This document shows, one piece after another, positions 9,811 to 21,681 of a DNA stretch of 64,000 nucleotides (position 1 is its first letter; the number at the start of each line of letters is the position of its first letter). Origin of the DNA: Gammaproteobacteria bacterium (lineage in GTDB: Bacteria; Pseudomonadota; Gammaproteobacteria; JAKDMP01). The DNA lies in the NCBI GenBank assembly GCA_027018875.1, contig JALUYA010000032.1, forward strand, positions 26,567-90,566. Reading direction: 5' to 3'. The position numbers and the translations under genes are program-made. The notes under the pieces were generated by a model that saw only the letters and a list, made by a program, of their open reading frames with translations, was not told the origin of the DNA and searched no databases.

Positions 9811-10314
9811 TCACTTTTGCCACGACTGAAACTCGATGATATTCCCCTCCGGATCACGCAGGTAGCACCAGGTTACCCGGGATCCGGTCGCCGTCTCCAG
9901 CGTGACAATCTCGCCGACGGCGGAGCCGCCCAGGTCCAGGACCGCCTCGCGGGCCGCGGCCACCGAATCGACCTCGAAGGCGATATGCCCGTAGCCCTTG
10001 CGGTTCACGGCCGGCAACTCCGCATCCCGCCCAGCCGTATAGGTGTAAATTTCCAGCGTGGGCCCGTGTTCACCCGCCCCGGGCAGGCGTAAATGGGCCC
10101 CGCGTAGCCCGGCGCCCGGCACCCCCGTTCCCGCCTCCAGCAGTGCGCCGGCATAATGGCGCGGCGGTGGCACCACCTCGCAACCCAGTAACCGGCGGTA
10201 AAAATCGGCCAATCGACGCCAGTCCGCAGCAACCAGGTTGACGTGTACAAACCGCGCCGCGGCTATCCGTGCCGGCTCATCCGCCGCGGGCCCGGCCCGT
10301 TCTTCTCGGCTCAT
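9811..10314 (-). CDS. VOC (glyoxalase/bleomycin-resistance/dioxygenase) family protein
   Basis: FVHVNLVAADWRRLADFYRRLLGCEV...GYGHIAFEVDSV...LRDPEGNIIEF pattern of paired beta-alpha-beta-beta-beta modules; start at internal ATG 10312-10314 (MSREERAG), ORF opens at 10578. Confidence 0.6.
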   Translation of the reverse strand: MSREERAGPAADEPARIAAARFVHVNLVAADWRRLADFYRRLLGCEVVPPPRHYAGALLEAGTGVPGAGLRGAHLRLPGAGEHGPTLEIYTYTAGRDAELPAVNRKGYGHIAFEVDSVAAAREAVLDLGGSAVGEIVTLETATGSRVTWCYLRDPEGNIIEFQSWQK

Positions 10315-10315
10315 C

Positions 10316-11130
10316 TCATTCTCCACAGGCAAGAGTACGATTCCAATGCAAAGCCGCCGTGCCCGGTCGCACGCCGTGCCAAAGAAAAAACGATTCGGCC
10401 GCCTGCTCCAGCAACATCCCCCAGCCATCGACGGCTTGCGCCCCGAGCGCGGAGGCTCGGCGCAGGAAAGGGCTGGGCGAATCGGCATAGACCAAGTCGT
10501 AGGCGAGAGTCGATGCGCGATCCATCGCCCCCGGGGGGAAATCCGGACACTCCCCCGCAAGCGAAGCCGAGGTGGCATTGACCACCAGTTGATACGGCCC
10601 GCGGCAGGCGCTGCGCGGAAGCGCCCGGACCCGCTCGATACCGAGTCGCCGCGCCAGCGCCCGGGCCCGCGCGGGGGTACGGTTCAAAAGCGTAATCTCA
10701 TCCATGCCCGCCTCCATCAAGGCGGGCACAATGCCCGCGGCGGCACCCCCGGCCCCGAGAATCAGCCCCCGCGCCCCGCGCAGGTCGAAGCCCAACCGTG
10801 CCAGATCCCGCACCAGGCCGAGCCCATCGACGTTATCGGCCCGAAGCCGGCCGGAAACGATCCGGAGCACGTTCGCCACCCCGCAACGCCCGGCCGCGAC
10901 ACCGGCTTCCGCGGCCAGGGCCAGCGCGGCGGCCTTGTACGGCAGAGTCACGTTCAATCCACGGCCCGACGCCGCGAAGAACGCCCGCACCTCGGAGCCG
11001 AAATCGCCGGCCCGGGCCTCGATCAGTCGGTACTCCACCTCCAGGCCCAGCTGCGCGGCGAATACCCGGTGAATCCCCGGGGAGCGGCTGTGCGCGACGG
11101 GGCAACCGATCAGGCCGGTGCGGACCGCCA

Positions 11131-11131
<1 letters not shown>
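10316..11131 (-). CDS. aroE: shikimate dehydrogenase AroE
   Basis: MAVRTGLIGCPVAHSRSPGIHRVFAAQLGL...GRGLNVTLPYKAAA...GLILGAGGAAAGIV...LLNRT; start ATG 11129-11131 overlaps hemB stop by 1 nt; alternative start 11152. Confidence 0.85.
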
Positions 11132-12171
<1,040 letters not shown>

Positions 12172-12579
12172 TCATATAGATATATTAGACGTCAAGTTCA
12201 TTTCGGCTCCGTTGGGGAAATAGGCCGTCAGCTCGACGATCAGCCAGTTTTTCCCCAGTGCAATCGCCTCGCCCTTGATAAGAACCCGTCCACGGGGTCC
12301 GCTCAGGGGAAATTCATAGCGAACCCTGGCCTGGGAACCCAAATGGGAAAAACGATACTTGGCCGTGGCGACCGATGCCTTCAGGGGCATCCCCAGCACC
12401 GCCATCAGCCGCATATTGCCGCTTGCCTGGCGCAGGCTGACCCGGTAAACCTGCTCGAACAACCGGGCCTCGGCCGGAGCCCGCTCCAGCCACAGATAGA
12501 GCGCCGCCCCGGCAAGTGCCGCAAACACGATAATTAGAAAATAACGTAACCGGCCTTCCCAACGCTTTTTCCCCACCAT
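12172..12579 (-). CDS. hypothetical membrane-anchored protein (single N-terminal TM; possibly Coa1/Tim21-like fold)
   Basis: ORF to 12600; likely start MVGKKRW at 12579; TM helix YFLIIVFAALAGAALYLWL then ~100 aa soluble domain; family not confidently recognised. Confidence 0.4.
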   Translation of the reverse strand: MVGKKRWEGRLRYFLIIVFAALAGAALYLWLERAPAEARLFEQVYRVSLRQASGNMRLMAVLGMPLKASVATAKYRFSHLGSQARVRYEFPLSGPRGRVLIKGEAIALGKNWLIVELTAYFPNGAEMNLTSNISI

Positions 12580-12708
12580 TCCATCCCCCCTCGGGATCAC
12601 CCGCCCGGTACAAACCCGGCCTCTCTTTCAAACTCCATAAAATGCCGTTTAATGAGCCATGCATCAAAAAGCGAGTGCCTGCACACGGAAATAGTTTACC
12701 TCGCCGCC

Positions 12709-14046
12709 TCACTTACCGATACAGAAGCGGCTGAAAATAACTCCGAGAAGCTCCTCGCTCGAGCTCTCGCCGGTGATCTCTCCCACCGCCCGCTGTGCCC
12801 GGGCAAGGTCCTCGGCCAAAAGTTCCGGCGCAACCTGGGACTCCGCCTGCGCCAGTAACTCGCAGACCCGCCCCAGTATTTCAAGCTGATATCGCTGTAC
12901 CACGAACCGCGCACCCGCCGAATTGGAGGATTCGCCAAGCGCGCATTCCCGCAACCGCGCAATCAACACATCGAGCCCGGCCCCGGTTTTCGCCGAAACC
13001 GCAATCGCCGGCTCGCCGCCGACTTCACGCTCACCCGCTATCCCGTCACCCAGATCGATCTTGTTCAACACCAGCAGGCGCGGAACGCCGGGAGCAATCT
13101 CCTCTCCCCCGCCAGGCTCGGTTCCGGCACGTACTTCGATGACCCGGTCCGCCCGCAGCGCCCGCGCCCGCGCCCGCCGTCCACCCTCCAGTTCAACCGG
13201 ATCGCCCCCGCCGCCTTGGCGCAGCCCCGCGGTATCCACCAGCCGGATGCGCAATCCATCGATCACTACCTCCGCCTCGATCAGATCCCGCGTAGTCCCC
13301 GGAATTTCCGTAACAATTGCCCGTTCGCTGCCGTTCAGTGCATTGAACAGCGACGACTTGCCCACGTTCGGCGCCCCCACCAGCACGCAGACATACCCCT
13401 CGATCAGGCGCCGTCCGCGGGCGGCGATATCTTCCAGGGCTTCGAACCGGGACCTGATCTCGGCCACCTCGCGCCGCACCACCACATACTCCTCGGGCAC
13501 CTCATCTTCCGGAAAGTCGAGCAGAGCCTCGGTTCTTGCCCGGCACGCCAGCAGGGCTTGCGCGAGCGGGCGCAACCGGTCCGAAAACCGCCCTTCCAGC
13601 GTGGCAAAGGCGGCGCGGGCGGCGGCCCGGGAATCGGCCTCGATCAGATCCGCGACCGCCCCGACCTGGGCCAGGTCCATCCGCCCGTTCACGAATGCCC
13701 GTTCGGTGAATTCGCCGGGTCGGGCAAGGCGAGCGCCGGCCGCTTGCGCCGCACTCAGCAATTCATCCAGCACGGCGGGGGATCCATGTGCCTGCAACTC
13801 AACCACCTCTTCGCCGGTGTACGAACCAGGAGCGGGAAAGTAAAGTACGAGCCCCCGATCGATCGCCTCGCCATTGACGGCGTGGAAAAAACGCAGCTCG
13901 GCCCGGCGCGGCGCAGGTAGCGGCGGAGCGATCGTCGTGGCCACGTGGGCGGCCCGCGGTCCCGACAGGCGCAAGACCCCGATGCCCCCCCTGCCCGGTG
14001 CGGTGGCAATAGCGACAATGGTGTCACCGGTACCGAATTCAGTCAC
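12709..14046 (-). CDS. mnmE: tRNA uridine-5-carboxymethylaminomethyl modification GTPase MnmE (TrmE)
   Basis: 445 aa; G-domain [16 protein letters not shown]...DTAGLR...NKIDL; C-terminal ...FSRFCIGK hallmark. Confidence 0.9.
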   Translation of the reverse strand: MTEFGTGDTIVAIATAPGRGGIGVLRLSGPRAAHVATTIAPPLPAPRRAELRFFHAVNGEAIDRGLVLYFPAPGSYTGEEVVELQAHGSPAVLDELLSAAQAAGARLARPGEFTERAFVNGRMDLAQVGAVADLIEADSRAAARAAFATLEGRFSDRLRPLAQALLACRARTEALLDFPEDEVPEEYVVVRREVAEIRSRFEALEDIAARGRRLIEGYVCVLVGAPNVGKSSLFNALNGSERAIVTEIPGTTRDLIEAEVVIDGLRIRLVDTAGLRQGGGGDPVELEGGRRARARALRADRVIEVRAGTEPGGGEEIAPGVPRLLVLNKIDLGDGIAGEREVGGEPAIAVSAKTGAGLDVLIARLRECALGESSNSAGARFVVQRYQLEILGRVCELLAQAESQVAPELLAEDLARAQRAVGEITGESSSEELLGVIFSRFCIGK

Positions 14047-15220
14047 CGTGCCCTGGCGCGTCCAGTAATTGTTTCAGCCCGGCCCGGTAGGCGGCAAGCG
14101 CCTCGTCACGCCGTCCTTCATGCTCGGCAAGCCGTCCCAGCAGACCGGCTAATTCGGGAGAATCCCCTGCCGAGCCGGCCCCTTCGAAAAAGCTTCGTGC
14201 CTGTCCCCACAGGCCCAGTTCCAGGGCAACCCGGCCCGCTTCACGCAGCAACTCTGGCTTATCCCCATATTTTTTCCGCCATTCATTGAGTAATTTCAGG
14301 CGCGTTTCGGGAGACAGCTCTTGCAAGGAAGCAACAGCGCGCGCATCCTCGGGAGAAAACCCGGCGCCAAGATTCCGTTCGAGCAGGGCGAGCGCACGGC
14401 GTGGCTCGCCACGCTCGGTATAGGCCCCGGCCAGTACCCGGCGCAAGTCCGACCGCGAACGCAAGGCTCGCGGCAATTGCCGCCACAGAATATCGGGTTC
14501 GCTCGCCGGATCCGCCAACGCCCCGGCCAAAGCGGTAGCGGCAAGCCGTGCCACATCTGCCTCCGGTAACGCCTTGAAACGCAGCAGGTCATCAAGCAAC
14601 TTGAGTAAATTCCCATGCTCTCCCAGGCTTACGTAAACCCGCGCCAACTGCCGTAATACCATGGGGTGCGCCGTGCGCTCCCCGCGCAGTCGCTGCAGGG
14701 TGGCCAGCGCCCGTTCGCAATCGCCCCGATCAAGCTCAAGCCGCGCCTGGGTCAGCAGCACCGCGGGGCCTGCCCGCGGGACTTCCTTGTCGGCGCGTCT
14801 CAGGTACGCATCGCGCCGATCCCGGGCTCCCGCCGAATCGGCCGCCCGGGCCGCAGCCAACAATGCCGGTAGCTTGAGCCCTCCGCTGGCAGCCTGCTCC
14901 AGGGCCCGCTCGGCGATCGCCAATCGTCCCTCCGCGAGCGCCACCAGTCCGGTGGTAAGAGACCGCGCCGCCCGCTCCTCCGAACGCCGCCGCCGGTGCC
15001 GCCCCAGCGCGCCCGGAATGCCCAGCAAGCGCCGCCACAGGGCCCACAGCCCACCACCCAGAACCAGTACCATAAGGTAGATGAGAACAAACACGAAGAG
15101 GGTGAATTCCACCCGGGTGGTACCGTAGGCTATCAACACATAGCCCGGCACGCGGGACAACAACAAGCCGACCGCCACCGCAGCGGCAATGGCAAACAGC
15201 AGGCCGAGTAGCATCCTCAC
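14039..15220 (-). CDS. hemY: heme biosynthesis-associated TPR membrane protein HemY
   Basis: 393 aa; two N-terminal TM helices then Ala/Leu-rich TPR-like repeats; position directly downstream of hemX-hemD-hemC. Confidence 0.75.
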   Translation of the reverse strand: MRMLLGLLFAIAAAVAVGLLLSRVPGYVLIAYGTTRVEFTLFVFVLIYLMVLVLGGGLWALWRRLLGIPGALGRHRRRRSEERAARSLTTGLVALAEGRLAIAERALEQAASGGLKLPALLAAARAADSAGARDRRDAYLRRADKEVPRAGPAVLLTQARLELDRGDCERALATLQRLRGERTAHPMVLRQLARVYVSLGEHGNLLKLLDDLLRFKALPEADVARLAATALAGALADPASEPDILWRQLPRALRSRSDLRRVLAGAYTERGEPRRALALLERNLGAGFSPEDARAVASLQELSPETRLKLLNEWRKKYGDKPELLREAGRVALELGLWGQARSFFEGAGSAGDSPELAGLLGRLAEHEGRRDEALAAYRAGLKQLLDAPGHGD

Positions 15221-16356
15221 TGTCGTGCCGCCGCCCGCAATGCCCGCAATTTAGCCAATGCCAATCCCAATTGCGGTAATTTGGGACTCAGCTCGATTTG
15301 CGCCAGTTGCCCGATCGCCGCCGCCATCTGCCGTACCGCGGGTGCGGAGGGGTCGAACCACTCACCCAGCCAGCGGCTTGCCCGCTCCAGGCTGGCACGA
15401 TAAACGCCGGAGCGGCGCTGCAATAATGCCAGCTGCGCCTGCCCCAACGCAAGACGCAGATTCTCGCGGACAAAATAGGCCTGGTTCGGCGGCAGCAGGG
15501 GGCGGGCCAACGGGCCGTGACTCACGACCACCAGGGGAGAGAAGGCCCGTTTGAAGGCGCCGACAATGCCGCTCCAGCCGAAACCGATCGCTTTCCGGGT
15601 CTTGACCGGCGCCTGGGCGGGCACCCGGTTTCCCGCCAGCGGCAGCGAGCCGATCCGCTGCCCCAGGCGGCTCAGGCGGGCATAGATACCGGCTACATTC
15701 GGTTGGGGCACGGCCCTGAGCGCGGCAATCTCCTTGCCCAGCGCCAAACGGACTGCGGCAAACCCCGGGGCGCCCATCGTGGCCAACGCCCGCTCGGCCA
15801 GTTGCAAGGCTTGCGTGGCCCCGGCGACATCGTGCGCCAGTCCCAATCGATCGACCGCAAGGCGCATAAGGGCCGCCGCCTCGTACTCGCGATAACCGTG
15901 GCTGCCGCCGGCAAGCCGGGTCTGGAGCTTTTCCAAGGCGGTACTCATTGCAGCCATTTCGGCCTGCTCCTTGACCTGTAATCGTTGCAGCCGGGCTTGC
16001 AGGTCGTTCAGGTCACGCTGCCGGGCGGCATTGTTCTGTACCGCGATCAAGCGCATGGATTGTGCCGCGACCCGACCCTCCAGCCTGGCGATCCGGCCCT
16101 GTACCCCACGCATCTGATACCAGGCCCAACCCACGCCGGCGACCCCCGCCAAGGCGACCAGGGCCAGGATCAGGGCGACAAACCCCACCCAGATACCCCC
16201 CATATGCGCGGAGGGCGACCGCGGGCGTTCCGGCGGCGTGTAACCCGGGGCCGGGGACTTGGCCGGGTTCTTCGTTTCCGCCTCCACGGGCCCCCCTTCG
16301 GGAGCCATGGGCCGGTCGTTGCCGCCCCCTGGATCACCCTGCTTACTCGATTCCAT
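15217..16356 (-). CDS. hemX: uroporphyrinogen-III C-methyltransferase-like membrane protein HemX
   Basis: ORF to 16437, start taken at MESSKQG (16356); Pro/Gly-rich N-term, single TM (IWVGFVALILALVALAGVAGV), coiled-coil periplasmic region; synteny hemC-hemD-hemX-hemY. Confidence 0.7.
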   Translation of the reverse strand: MESSKQGDPGGGNDRPMAPEGGPVEAETKNPAKSPAPGYTPPERPRSPSAHMGGIWVGFVALILALVALAGVAGVGWAWYQMRGVQGRIARLEGRVAAQSMRLIAVQNNAARQRDLNDLQARLQRLQVKEQAEMAAMSTALEKLQTRLAGGSHGYREYEAAALMRLAVDRLGLAHDVAGATQALQLAERALATMGAPGFAAVRLALGKEIAALRAVPQPNVAGIYARLSRLGQRIGSLPLAGNRVPAQAPVKTRKAIGFGWSGIVGAFKRAFSPLVVVSHGPLARPLLPPNQAYFVRENLRLALGQAQLALLQRRSGVYRASLERASRWLGEWFDPSAPAVRQMAAAIGQLAQIELSPKLPQLGLALAKLRALRAAARQ

Positions 16357-17083
16357 AGTTCGCCCTCTTTTTTTGCCACCACTCGATCGCAGCACGGGCC
16401 ATTGCCGCCCCGCCCGCATCCGCCGCCATGGCCACACACTTCCCGTCCAACCGAGATACGGCCCGCGCTACCCGAACGCTGGACACCAACCAGGGAATCG
16501 CCCTGAATCGCGCCCCGAGCACCAACCCCAGCACCCGGACCACCCCGGTACTGCTCACCATTATGGCATCCACGGCGTCCGGCTCAAAGTCACGCCCGGC
16601 CCGAGCCAGGTCCGGGTTCACCCGGCGGCGATACACCGGAAAAACCCCGCCTTGCGCGACCCGCCCGCGCAGTAGCGTTACACTCCGGCGCACGATCGGG
16701 CGGCCGCACACCAAAAGCACCCGCCAATCGGCCAAATCGAGCATTTGCGGTAACTGAAAAAGGCCTTTTAACCCACTGCCCGTGGACGGCGCCAGAACGG
16801 AATCCACCCCTCTCTCCCGCAGACAATCGGCGGTTCCCGGACCCGGGGCCGCCACCCGCATGGTCGGCGCCCGGTGCAGCCTTTCCAGGCCATAGATTAC
16901 GGCGGCGGGACTGGAAAAAATAGCCAGATCCCACGAACCCGGCGGTGGGGTTACCGCTCCCAGCGGTTCGTGGATAAACACGGGGAACTCGATTACCCGG
17001 GCCCCCTCGCGCCGCAACCGGTCCCCGAGCCCGACGTCGCTACGGGTCAGGACAAAGCGGGCGCCCTCAAGCCGTCCCGGCAT
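16343..17083 (-). CDS. hemD: uroporphyrinogen-III synthase HemD
   Basis: 246 aa, HemD-like two-lobed fold sequence; overlaps hemC stop and hemX start. Confidence 0.8.
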   Translation of the reverse strand: MPGRLEGARFVLTRSDVGLGDRLRREGARVIEFPVFIHEPLGAVTPPPGSWDLAIFSSPAAVIYGLERLHRAPTMRVAAPGPGTADCLRERGVDSVLAPSTGSGLKGLFQLPQMLDLADWRVLLVCGRPIVRRSVTLLRGRVAQGGVFPVYRRRVNPDLARAGRDFEPDAVDAIMVSSTGVVRVLGLVLGARFRAIPWLVSSVRVARAVSRLDGKCVAMAADAGGAAMARAAIEWWQKKRANYGIE

Positions 17084-17984
17084 GCAAATTCAACAATTCG
17101 GCCGCACCCCGCTCGAGCAGCTCCCCGGCCACGGCGGCTCCCAATTCGGCGCCCATGGCACGCCCGCCATAACGCTCGGCTCGAATCACGCGACGGCCGT
17201 CTTCCCGCGCCACCAGCGCCCGCAGCCGAATCCGCCCCGCCGTGACCGTGGCATAAGCCGCTACCGGTGAAGTGCAACCCGCTCCAAGCACCCGGCAACA
17301 GCTCCGTTCGGCGCGGATGGCATCCCGGGTGAGCGGATCTTCGATTGTGGCGGCAAGCGCCAGCACCTCGGCATCATCCGCCCGCGCCTCCAACGCCAAG
17401 GCTCCTTGACCGGGTGCCGGCAACAACTGATCGGGGTCAATCGGCTCCCCCCGGGCGATCCCCAGCCGCTCGAGACCGGCGGCGGCGAGCAGAATCGCAT
17501 CGAACTCGCCGGCATCGAACCGTTCCAGGCGGGTCCCGACTCCGCCCCGCAGAACATCGACGCGGCAATCGGGGCGCAAAGCAAGCACCTGGGCCCGCCG
17601 GCGCAAACTTGCACTACCGATACGGGCTCCCGCCGGCAGGCCCAACAGTCCGCCGGGATAATGCGAAACCAGGCTATCGCGGGGATCGGCGCGCACCGGA
17701 ACGGCGGCAAGGCGGAATCCCGGTTCCAACTGTGTCGGCATATCCTTTAAGGAGTTGACCGCAAGCCGTGCCCGTCCATCGGCCAAGGCCTCTTCCAGCG
17801 TCTTGATGAACAATCCCTTCCCACCCAGAACGGCAAGGGAACGATCGAGCAATTCGTCGCCTCGAGTCGAAAGCGCCAGCACCCCGGTCTTAAGCCCGGG
17901 GTGCCCGGCCCTAATTGCAGCCATCACCCATTCGGTCTGCCGTCGGGCCAATGAACTCTTGCGGGAAGCAAAAATTATTCGCAT
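17067..17984 (-). CDS. hemC: hydroxymethylbilane synthase (porphobilinogen deaminase) HemC
   Basis: MRIIFASRKSSLARRQTEWV...GGKGLFIKTLEEAL...AVNSLKDMP... and dipyrromethane cofactor Cys region RAERSCCRVLGAGCTSPVAA. Confidence 0.9.
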   Translation of the reverse strand: MRIIFASRKSSLARRQTEWVMAAIRAGHPGLKTGVLALSTRGDELLDRSLAVLGGKGLFIKTLEEALADGRARLAVNSLKDMPTQLEPGFRLAAVPVRADPRDSLVSHYPGGLLGLPAGARIGSASLRRRAQVLALRPDCRVDVLRGGVGTRLERFDAGEFDAILLAAAGLERLGIARGEPIDPDQLLPAPGQGALALEARADDAEVLALAATIEDPLTRDAIRAERSCCRVLGAGCTSPVAAYATVTAGRIRLRALVAREDGRRVIRAERYGGRAMGAELGAAVAGELLERGAAELLNLHAGTA

Positions 17985-18706
17985 CGATCATTTCCTCGTT
18001 CAATATAGGCAGCGACGCGGCGCTTGAGCCGCCGCGCTACCGGCAGCCGTGAACCGTCATCGAGTTCCACCCAAGCGCCGGCGGGACCGGATAACAGCCG
18101 CCGCAACGCGGAGCAGCGAACCAGAAGATCCCGCCGAATCCGCATAAACCGGGCGCCGAACTCATTCTCCAACGCCGTCAATGACTCATTGATGGCCACC
18201 TCACCGCCGGCGTAATGCACCAGCGTCGTCTTGTCGCAGGCACGGAAGTAGTTCACCTCGAGAAGTGGAATCATACGCAACTCGCGCCCAACCCGTGCCG
18301 CCAGGTACCGCCGCGATTGCACCCTGGCCAAGTTGAGCAACTGCGCCCGCGAGGGGCGACAGGCACGGGCAATGGCCGCGGCCAGCCGTTCGCGGTTCAC
18401 CGGCTTGACCAGATAGGCCGCTGCCCCGGCCTGCAGCGCCCCGAGCGCCCGATCGGCCAGGGCGGTCACAAACACCACGGCGGGCGGCGGCGTCTCGGCC
18501 GCAAGCGCCATCGCCACGGACAGACCATCGCCCTCGGGCATGCGGATATCGAGCAATACCAGGTCGGGATTCCAGCGGGAAACCCCGGCCAGGGTTTCCC
18601 GGCCGGTCGCGGCCTCGGCCACCACTTCACCGGCCCCCGCGGCATCGACCAAGCGCCGCAAACGCTGCCGTGCAAGTGGCTCATCGTCGGCTATCAGAAT
18701 CCGCAT
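17975..18706 (-). CDS. algR: LytTR-family DNA-binding response regulator (AlgR-like)
   Basis: MRILIADDEPLARQRLRRLV...DLVLLDIRMPEGDG receiver domain plus C-terminal LytTR domain; ORF opens at 19051 but receiver starts at 18706; overlaps upstream kinase gene as in Pseudomonas algZ/algR. Confidence 0.8.
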   Translation of the reverse strand: MRILIADDEPLARQRLRRLVDAAGAGEVVAEAATGRETLAGVSRWNPDLVLLDIRMPEGDGLSVAMALAAETPPPAVVFVTALADRALGALQAGAAAYLVKPVNRERLAAAIARACRPSRAQLLNLARVQSRRYLAARVGRELRMIPLLEVNYFRACDKTTLVHYAGGEVAINESLTALENEFGARFMRIRRDLLVRCSALRRLLSGPAGAWVELDDGSRLPVARRLKRRVAAYIERGNDRCE

Positions 18707-19748
18707 CCATCCGCCTCCAGGGGCACAGAATACGCACCCGGAAGATAGCATCTTTACGTTCCACCGCGATTTCGGCCGCCTCCCCCCAGGCCAACGCCAG
18801 CCGCGCGCGCACACCGGCAAGACCGACCCCGTGGCCCGAGCCGGGATTCCACTCCGCCAGTGGGTTTTCGACCACCAGTTCCAGCCGCTTGCCACGGGGC
18901 GCCGCCCCGATTCGCACCCGGCCCGGACCGGACCGGGGCTCGATGCCATGCACCACGGCATTTTCCACCAAGGGTTGAAGCAAAAACGGTGGAATAGCCA
19001 CCTGTTCGGCCCCCTCGGCAATGCACCAATCAACCTGCAACCGGGGTCCAAGCCGGCGTGCTTCGATGGCCAGGTACCGCCGCGCGAACTCCAGTTCCTC
19101 GGCCAGGGAAACCCGGGCCGGGCGCGCCGTCAACGCGTGACGAAACAACTCGGCCAAATCTTCGAGGGTGCGTTCGGCGGCCTCGGGATTGGCGTGAACC
19201 AGCGCGGCCGCGGTATTCAGGGTGTTAAACAGAAAGTGAGGCTCGATGCGCGCCTCCAACGCCTCCAGCCGGCTTCCGGCCTCGCGGCGGACGTTATCGC
19301 GCCACTCTGCACGCACATAGAGATAGCGCAACACCAGGGCATCGACAATCGCGGCAGCCATCACGAGCCGCACCATCCAGCCCGAATGGCTCCAGGGCCC
19401 GAAACCCGGCGCCCCATAGATCGAATGCACCAGGTAAGCCCCCTCGCCGACCAGCGCCGCCACGGCCAGCAAGGCGAAATAGGCCGACAAGACCGCCGCT
19501 ACCGGAGGCAGTGCCAGCAGATACCGGCGCAGCAAGCACAAGGCGGCCGCGCTGGCCAGGGTCAAGAACTCCGCCAGCAGCACGAGCCGCCCGAGGTCGG
19601 GCCAGAATCCCGGGAGTTCACCACGCGCCAGCGCCAGGGTGATCGCGACCAGCGCGGCAAACAAGATCAGCGTCAGCGTGGCCTCGGCGCTGCACAGATC
19701 CGGCAAAAACCCCTCTCTTTGTCCGCGCGATACCGGAATAGGGTTCAT
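18681..19748 (-). CDS. algZ: LytS/AlgZ(FimS)-type sensor histidine kinase
   Basis: Multi-TM N-terminal region then His_kinase (PF06580-like) region EPHFLFNTLNTAAALVHANPEAAE and HATPase-like QPLVENAVVHGIEP; start taken at MNPIPV (19748). Confidence 0.7.
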   Translation of the reverse strand: MNPIPVSRGQREGFLPDLCSAEATLTLILFAALVAITLALARGELPGFWPDLGRLVLLAEFLTLASAAALCLLRRYLLALPPVAAVLSAYFALLAVAALVGEGAYLVHSIYGAPGFGPWSHSGWMVRLVMAAAIVDALVLRYLYVRAEWRDNVRREAGSRLEALEARIEPHFLFNTLNTAAALVHANPEAAERTLEDLAELFRHALTARPARVSLAEELEFARRYLAIEARRLGPRLQVDWCIAEGAEQVAIPPFLLQPLVENAVVHGIEPRSGPGRVRIGAAPRGKRLELVVENPLAEWNPGSGHGVGLAGVRARLALAWGEAAEIAVERKDAIFRVRILCPWRRMDADSDSRR

Positions 19749-21604
19749 CGATCCAAGTAGGTATAGGCCTTGAGCCCACGTTCCAGCAGAACCTGCAACT
19801 CGCACCGGCGTTGCGGGTCCAGCCCGGAACGGGCCAGGCGGCGGCGCCAGGTTCGCACCAGCGCCTGCGGAGGAATATGCACGTAGCGCAGCAAATCCTC
19901 GGCGCTGTCACCGCGGCGGGTGTCATGCAGCGTGTAACCCGACTCATTCACCGTTATATTCACGGCGTTGGTATCACCGAACAGATTATGCATGTCGCCC
20001 AGAATCTCCTGGTAGGCGCCTACCAGGAAAATACCCAACAGGTAGGGCCGCCCGTCCGGCTCGTGTACCGCCAGGACGGACTCCAGCCCCCGTCCCCCGA
20101 CGTAGAGGTCGATCCGCCCATCGGAATCGCAGGTCAGATCGCGCAACAGGGCATGGCGCCCGGGCGGCTCGTTAAGCCGCCCGAGCGCCGCGATCGGGAA
20201 CACCTGCCCGATGGCCCAGATATCGGGTAGAGACTGGAAAATCGAAAGGTTGATGAACAGGCGGTCGGCCAGCTTTTCGGTCAGGGTTTCGGCCAGTTCG
20301 CGTTGCGCGGCACGGGCCGGATCCAATCGCCCGAGTACCCGCTGCGCCAGCGCCAGATGAATGGCCTCGGCCCGGGCGCGGGCGGCAAGATCGATCAGCC
20401 CGTGGCTGAAAAGCGAGTGCACTTCCCCGATCCAGTACCGGGCATCGGCGTAGGCCTCCTGGGGATTGATGACGGCGGCCCGGCAATAGGCTTGCCATAA
20501 TTCCCGCAAGGCCGGGTGCGCCTCCGGATCCGGCTCTGCGGGGGGTTGCCGAATCACGGGACACTCGGTTTCCACCACATTGGTCAACAGCACCGCGTGA
20601 TGCGCCGTCAAGGCCCGCCCCGACTCGGAAAAAACCGCCGGATTCGGCAACCCCTGGGCGCTACAGACCTCGGCCAGCGCCCGCACCACCGCCTCGGCGT
20701 ATTGCCCGAGGCTGTAGTTCATCGAACAATCGCTGCGCGAACGGGTACCCTCGTAATCCACCCCGAGTCCACCCCCTACATCAACCACTTCGATCGGGGC
20801 GCCCAGAGCCCGCAGCTCGGCATAGAACCGCGCAGTCTCCGCCATGCCACGCTGAATGTCACGGATATTGGCCACCTGGGATCCGAGGTGGACATGTACC
20901 AGCCGCAACCAGTCCAGATGACCGCTTCCGCGTAGCTGATCCACCAGGGTGATCAGCTCGGTTGCGGTCAGGCCGAACTTCGATTTTTCGCCCCCCGTAT
21001 TCTGCCACTTGCCCGCCGAAGCGCTGGCTAAACGCACGCGCACGCCGAGGCGCGGAGTCACACCGAGGGCGGCGGCCTCGCCGAGCAATAACTCGAGTTC
21101 CCCCGGCTTCTCGATCACGATATATACGCGATACCCCATCAGCCCGCCAGCCAGCGCCAGGCGCAAGCCCTCACGATCCTTGTAGCCATTGAATACGATG
21201 GTGCTGGAGCGATGCGCCAGGCCGAGCACCGCGATCAACTCCGGCTTGCTGCCTGCCTCGAGCCCGACCCGATCCGCGCCCAGGCGGGTGATTTCACGGA
21301 TCACGTGACGTTCCTGGTTGACCTTGATCGGGTAAATCAGCCGATAGGCACCGCGGTAGGCGTGCCCGGTTCGCGCTCCGGCAAAGGCATCGATCAATTC
21401 AACGGCCCGGCGCCTGAGCATATCCCCGAAGCGCACCAGGACCGGCAGGCGAATTCCGCCGCGCTGGAGCCGCTCGGCCAGATCCATCAGATCCACCTCG
21501 GCCCCCCCCGCCACGGGCCGCGCAACGAGATGCCCGGCGGCGTTCACCCCGAAATACCCGCCGCCCCAACGATCAATACCATAGTCCGCGCCGCTTGCCG
21601 CCAC
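19745..21604 (-). CDS. speA: biosynthetic arginine decarboxylase SpeA
   Basis: 619 aa; PLP-dependent fold-III decarboxylase motifs YPIKVNQERHVI, HVHLGSQ; C-terminal region typical of SpeA. Confidence 0.9.
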   Translation of the reverse strand: MAASGADYGIDRWGGGYFGVNAAGHLVARPVAGGAEVDLMDLAERLQRGGIRLPVLVRFGDMLRRRAVELIDAFAGARTGHAYRGAYRLIYPIKVNQERHVIREITRLGADRVGLEAGSKPELIAVLGLAHRSSTIVFNGYKDREGLRLALAGGLMGYRVYIVIEKPGELELLLGEAAALGVTPRLGVRVRLASASAGKWQNTGGEKSKFGLTATELITLVDQLRGSGHLDWLRLVHVHLGSQVANIRDIQRGMAETARFYAELRALGAPIEVVDVGGGLGVDYEGTRSRSDCSMNYSLGQYAEAVVRALAEVCSAQGLPNPAVFSESGRALTAHHAVLLTNVVETECPVIRQPPAEPDPEAHPALRELWQAYCRAAVINPQEAYADARYWIGEVHSLFSHGLIDLAARARAEAIHLALAQRVLGRLDPARAAQRELAETLTEKLADRLFINLSIFQSLPDIWAIGQVFPIAALGRLNEPPGRHALLRDLTCDSDGRIDLYVGGRGLESVLAVHEPDGRPYLLGIFLVGAYQEILGDMHNLFGDTNAVNITVNESGYTLHDTRRGDSAEDLLRYVHIPPQALVRTWRRRLARSGLDPQRRCELQVLLERGLKAYTYLDR

Positions 21605-21681
21605 CTGTCGAGTACTCCCATTCCAACCGGATCGCCGAATCTCTCTATACTAATCGGCCTTGACAATCTTGCGAAACGAAA

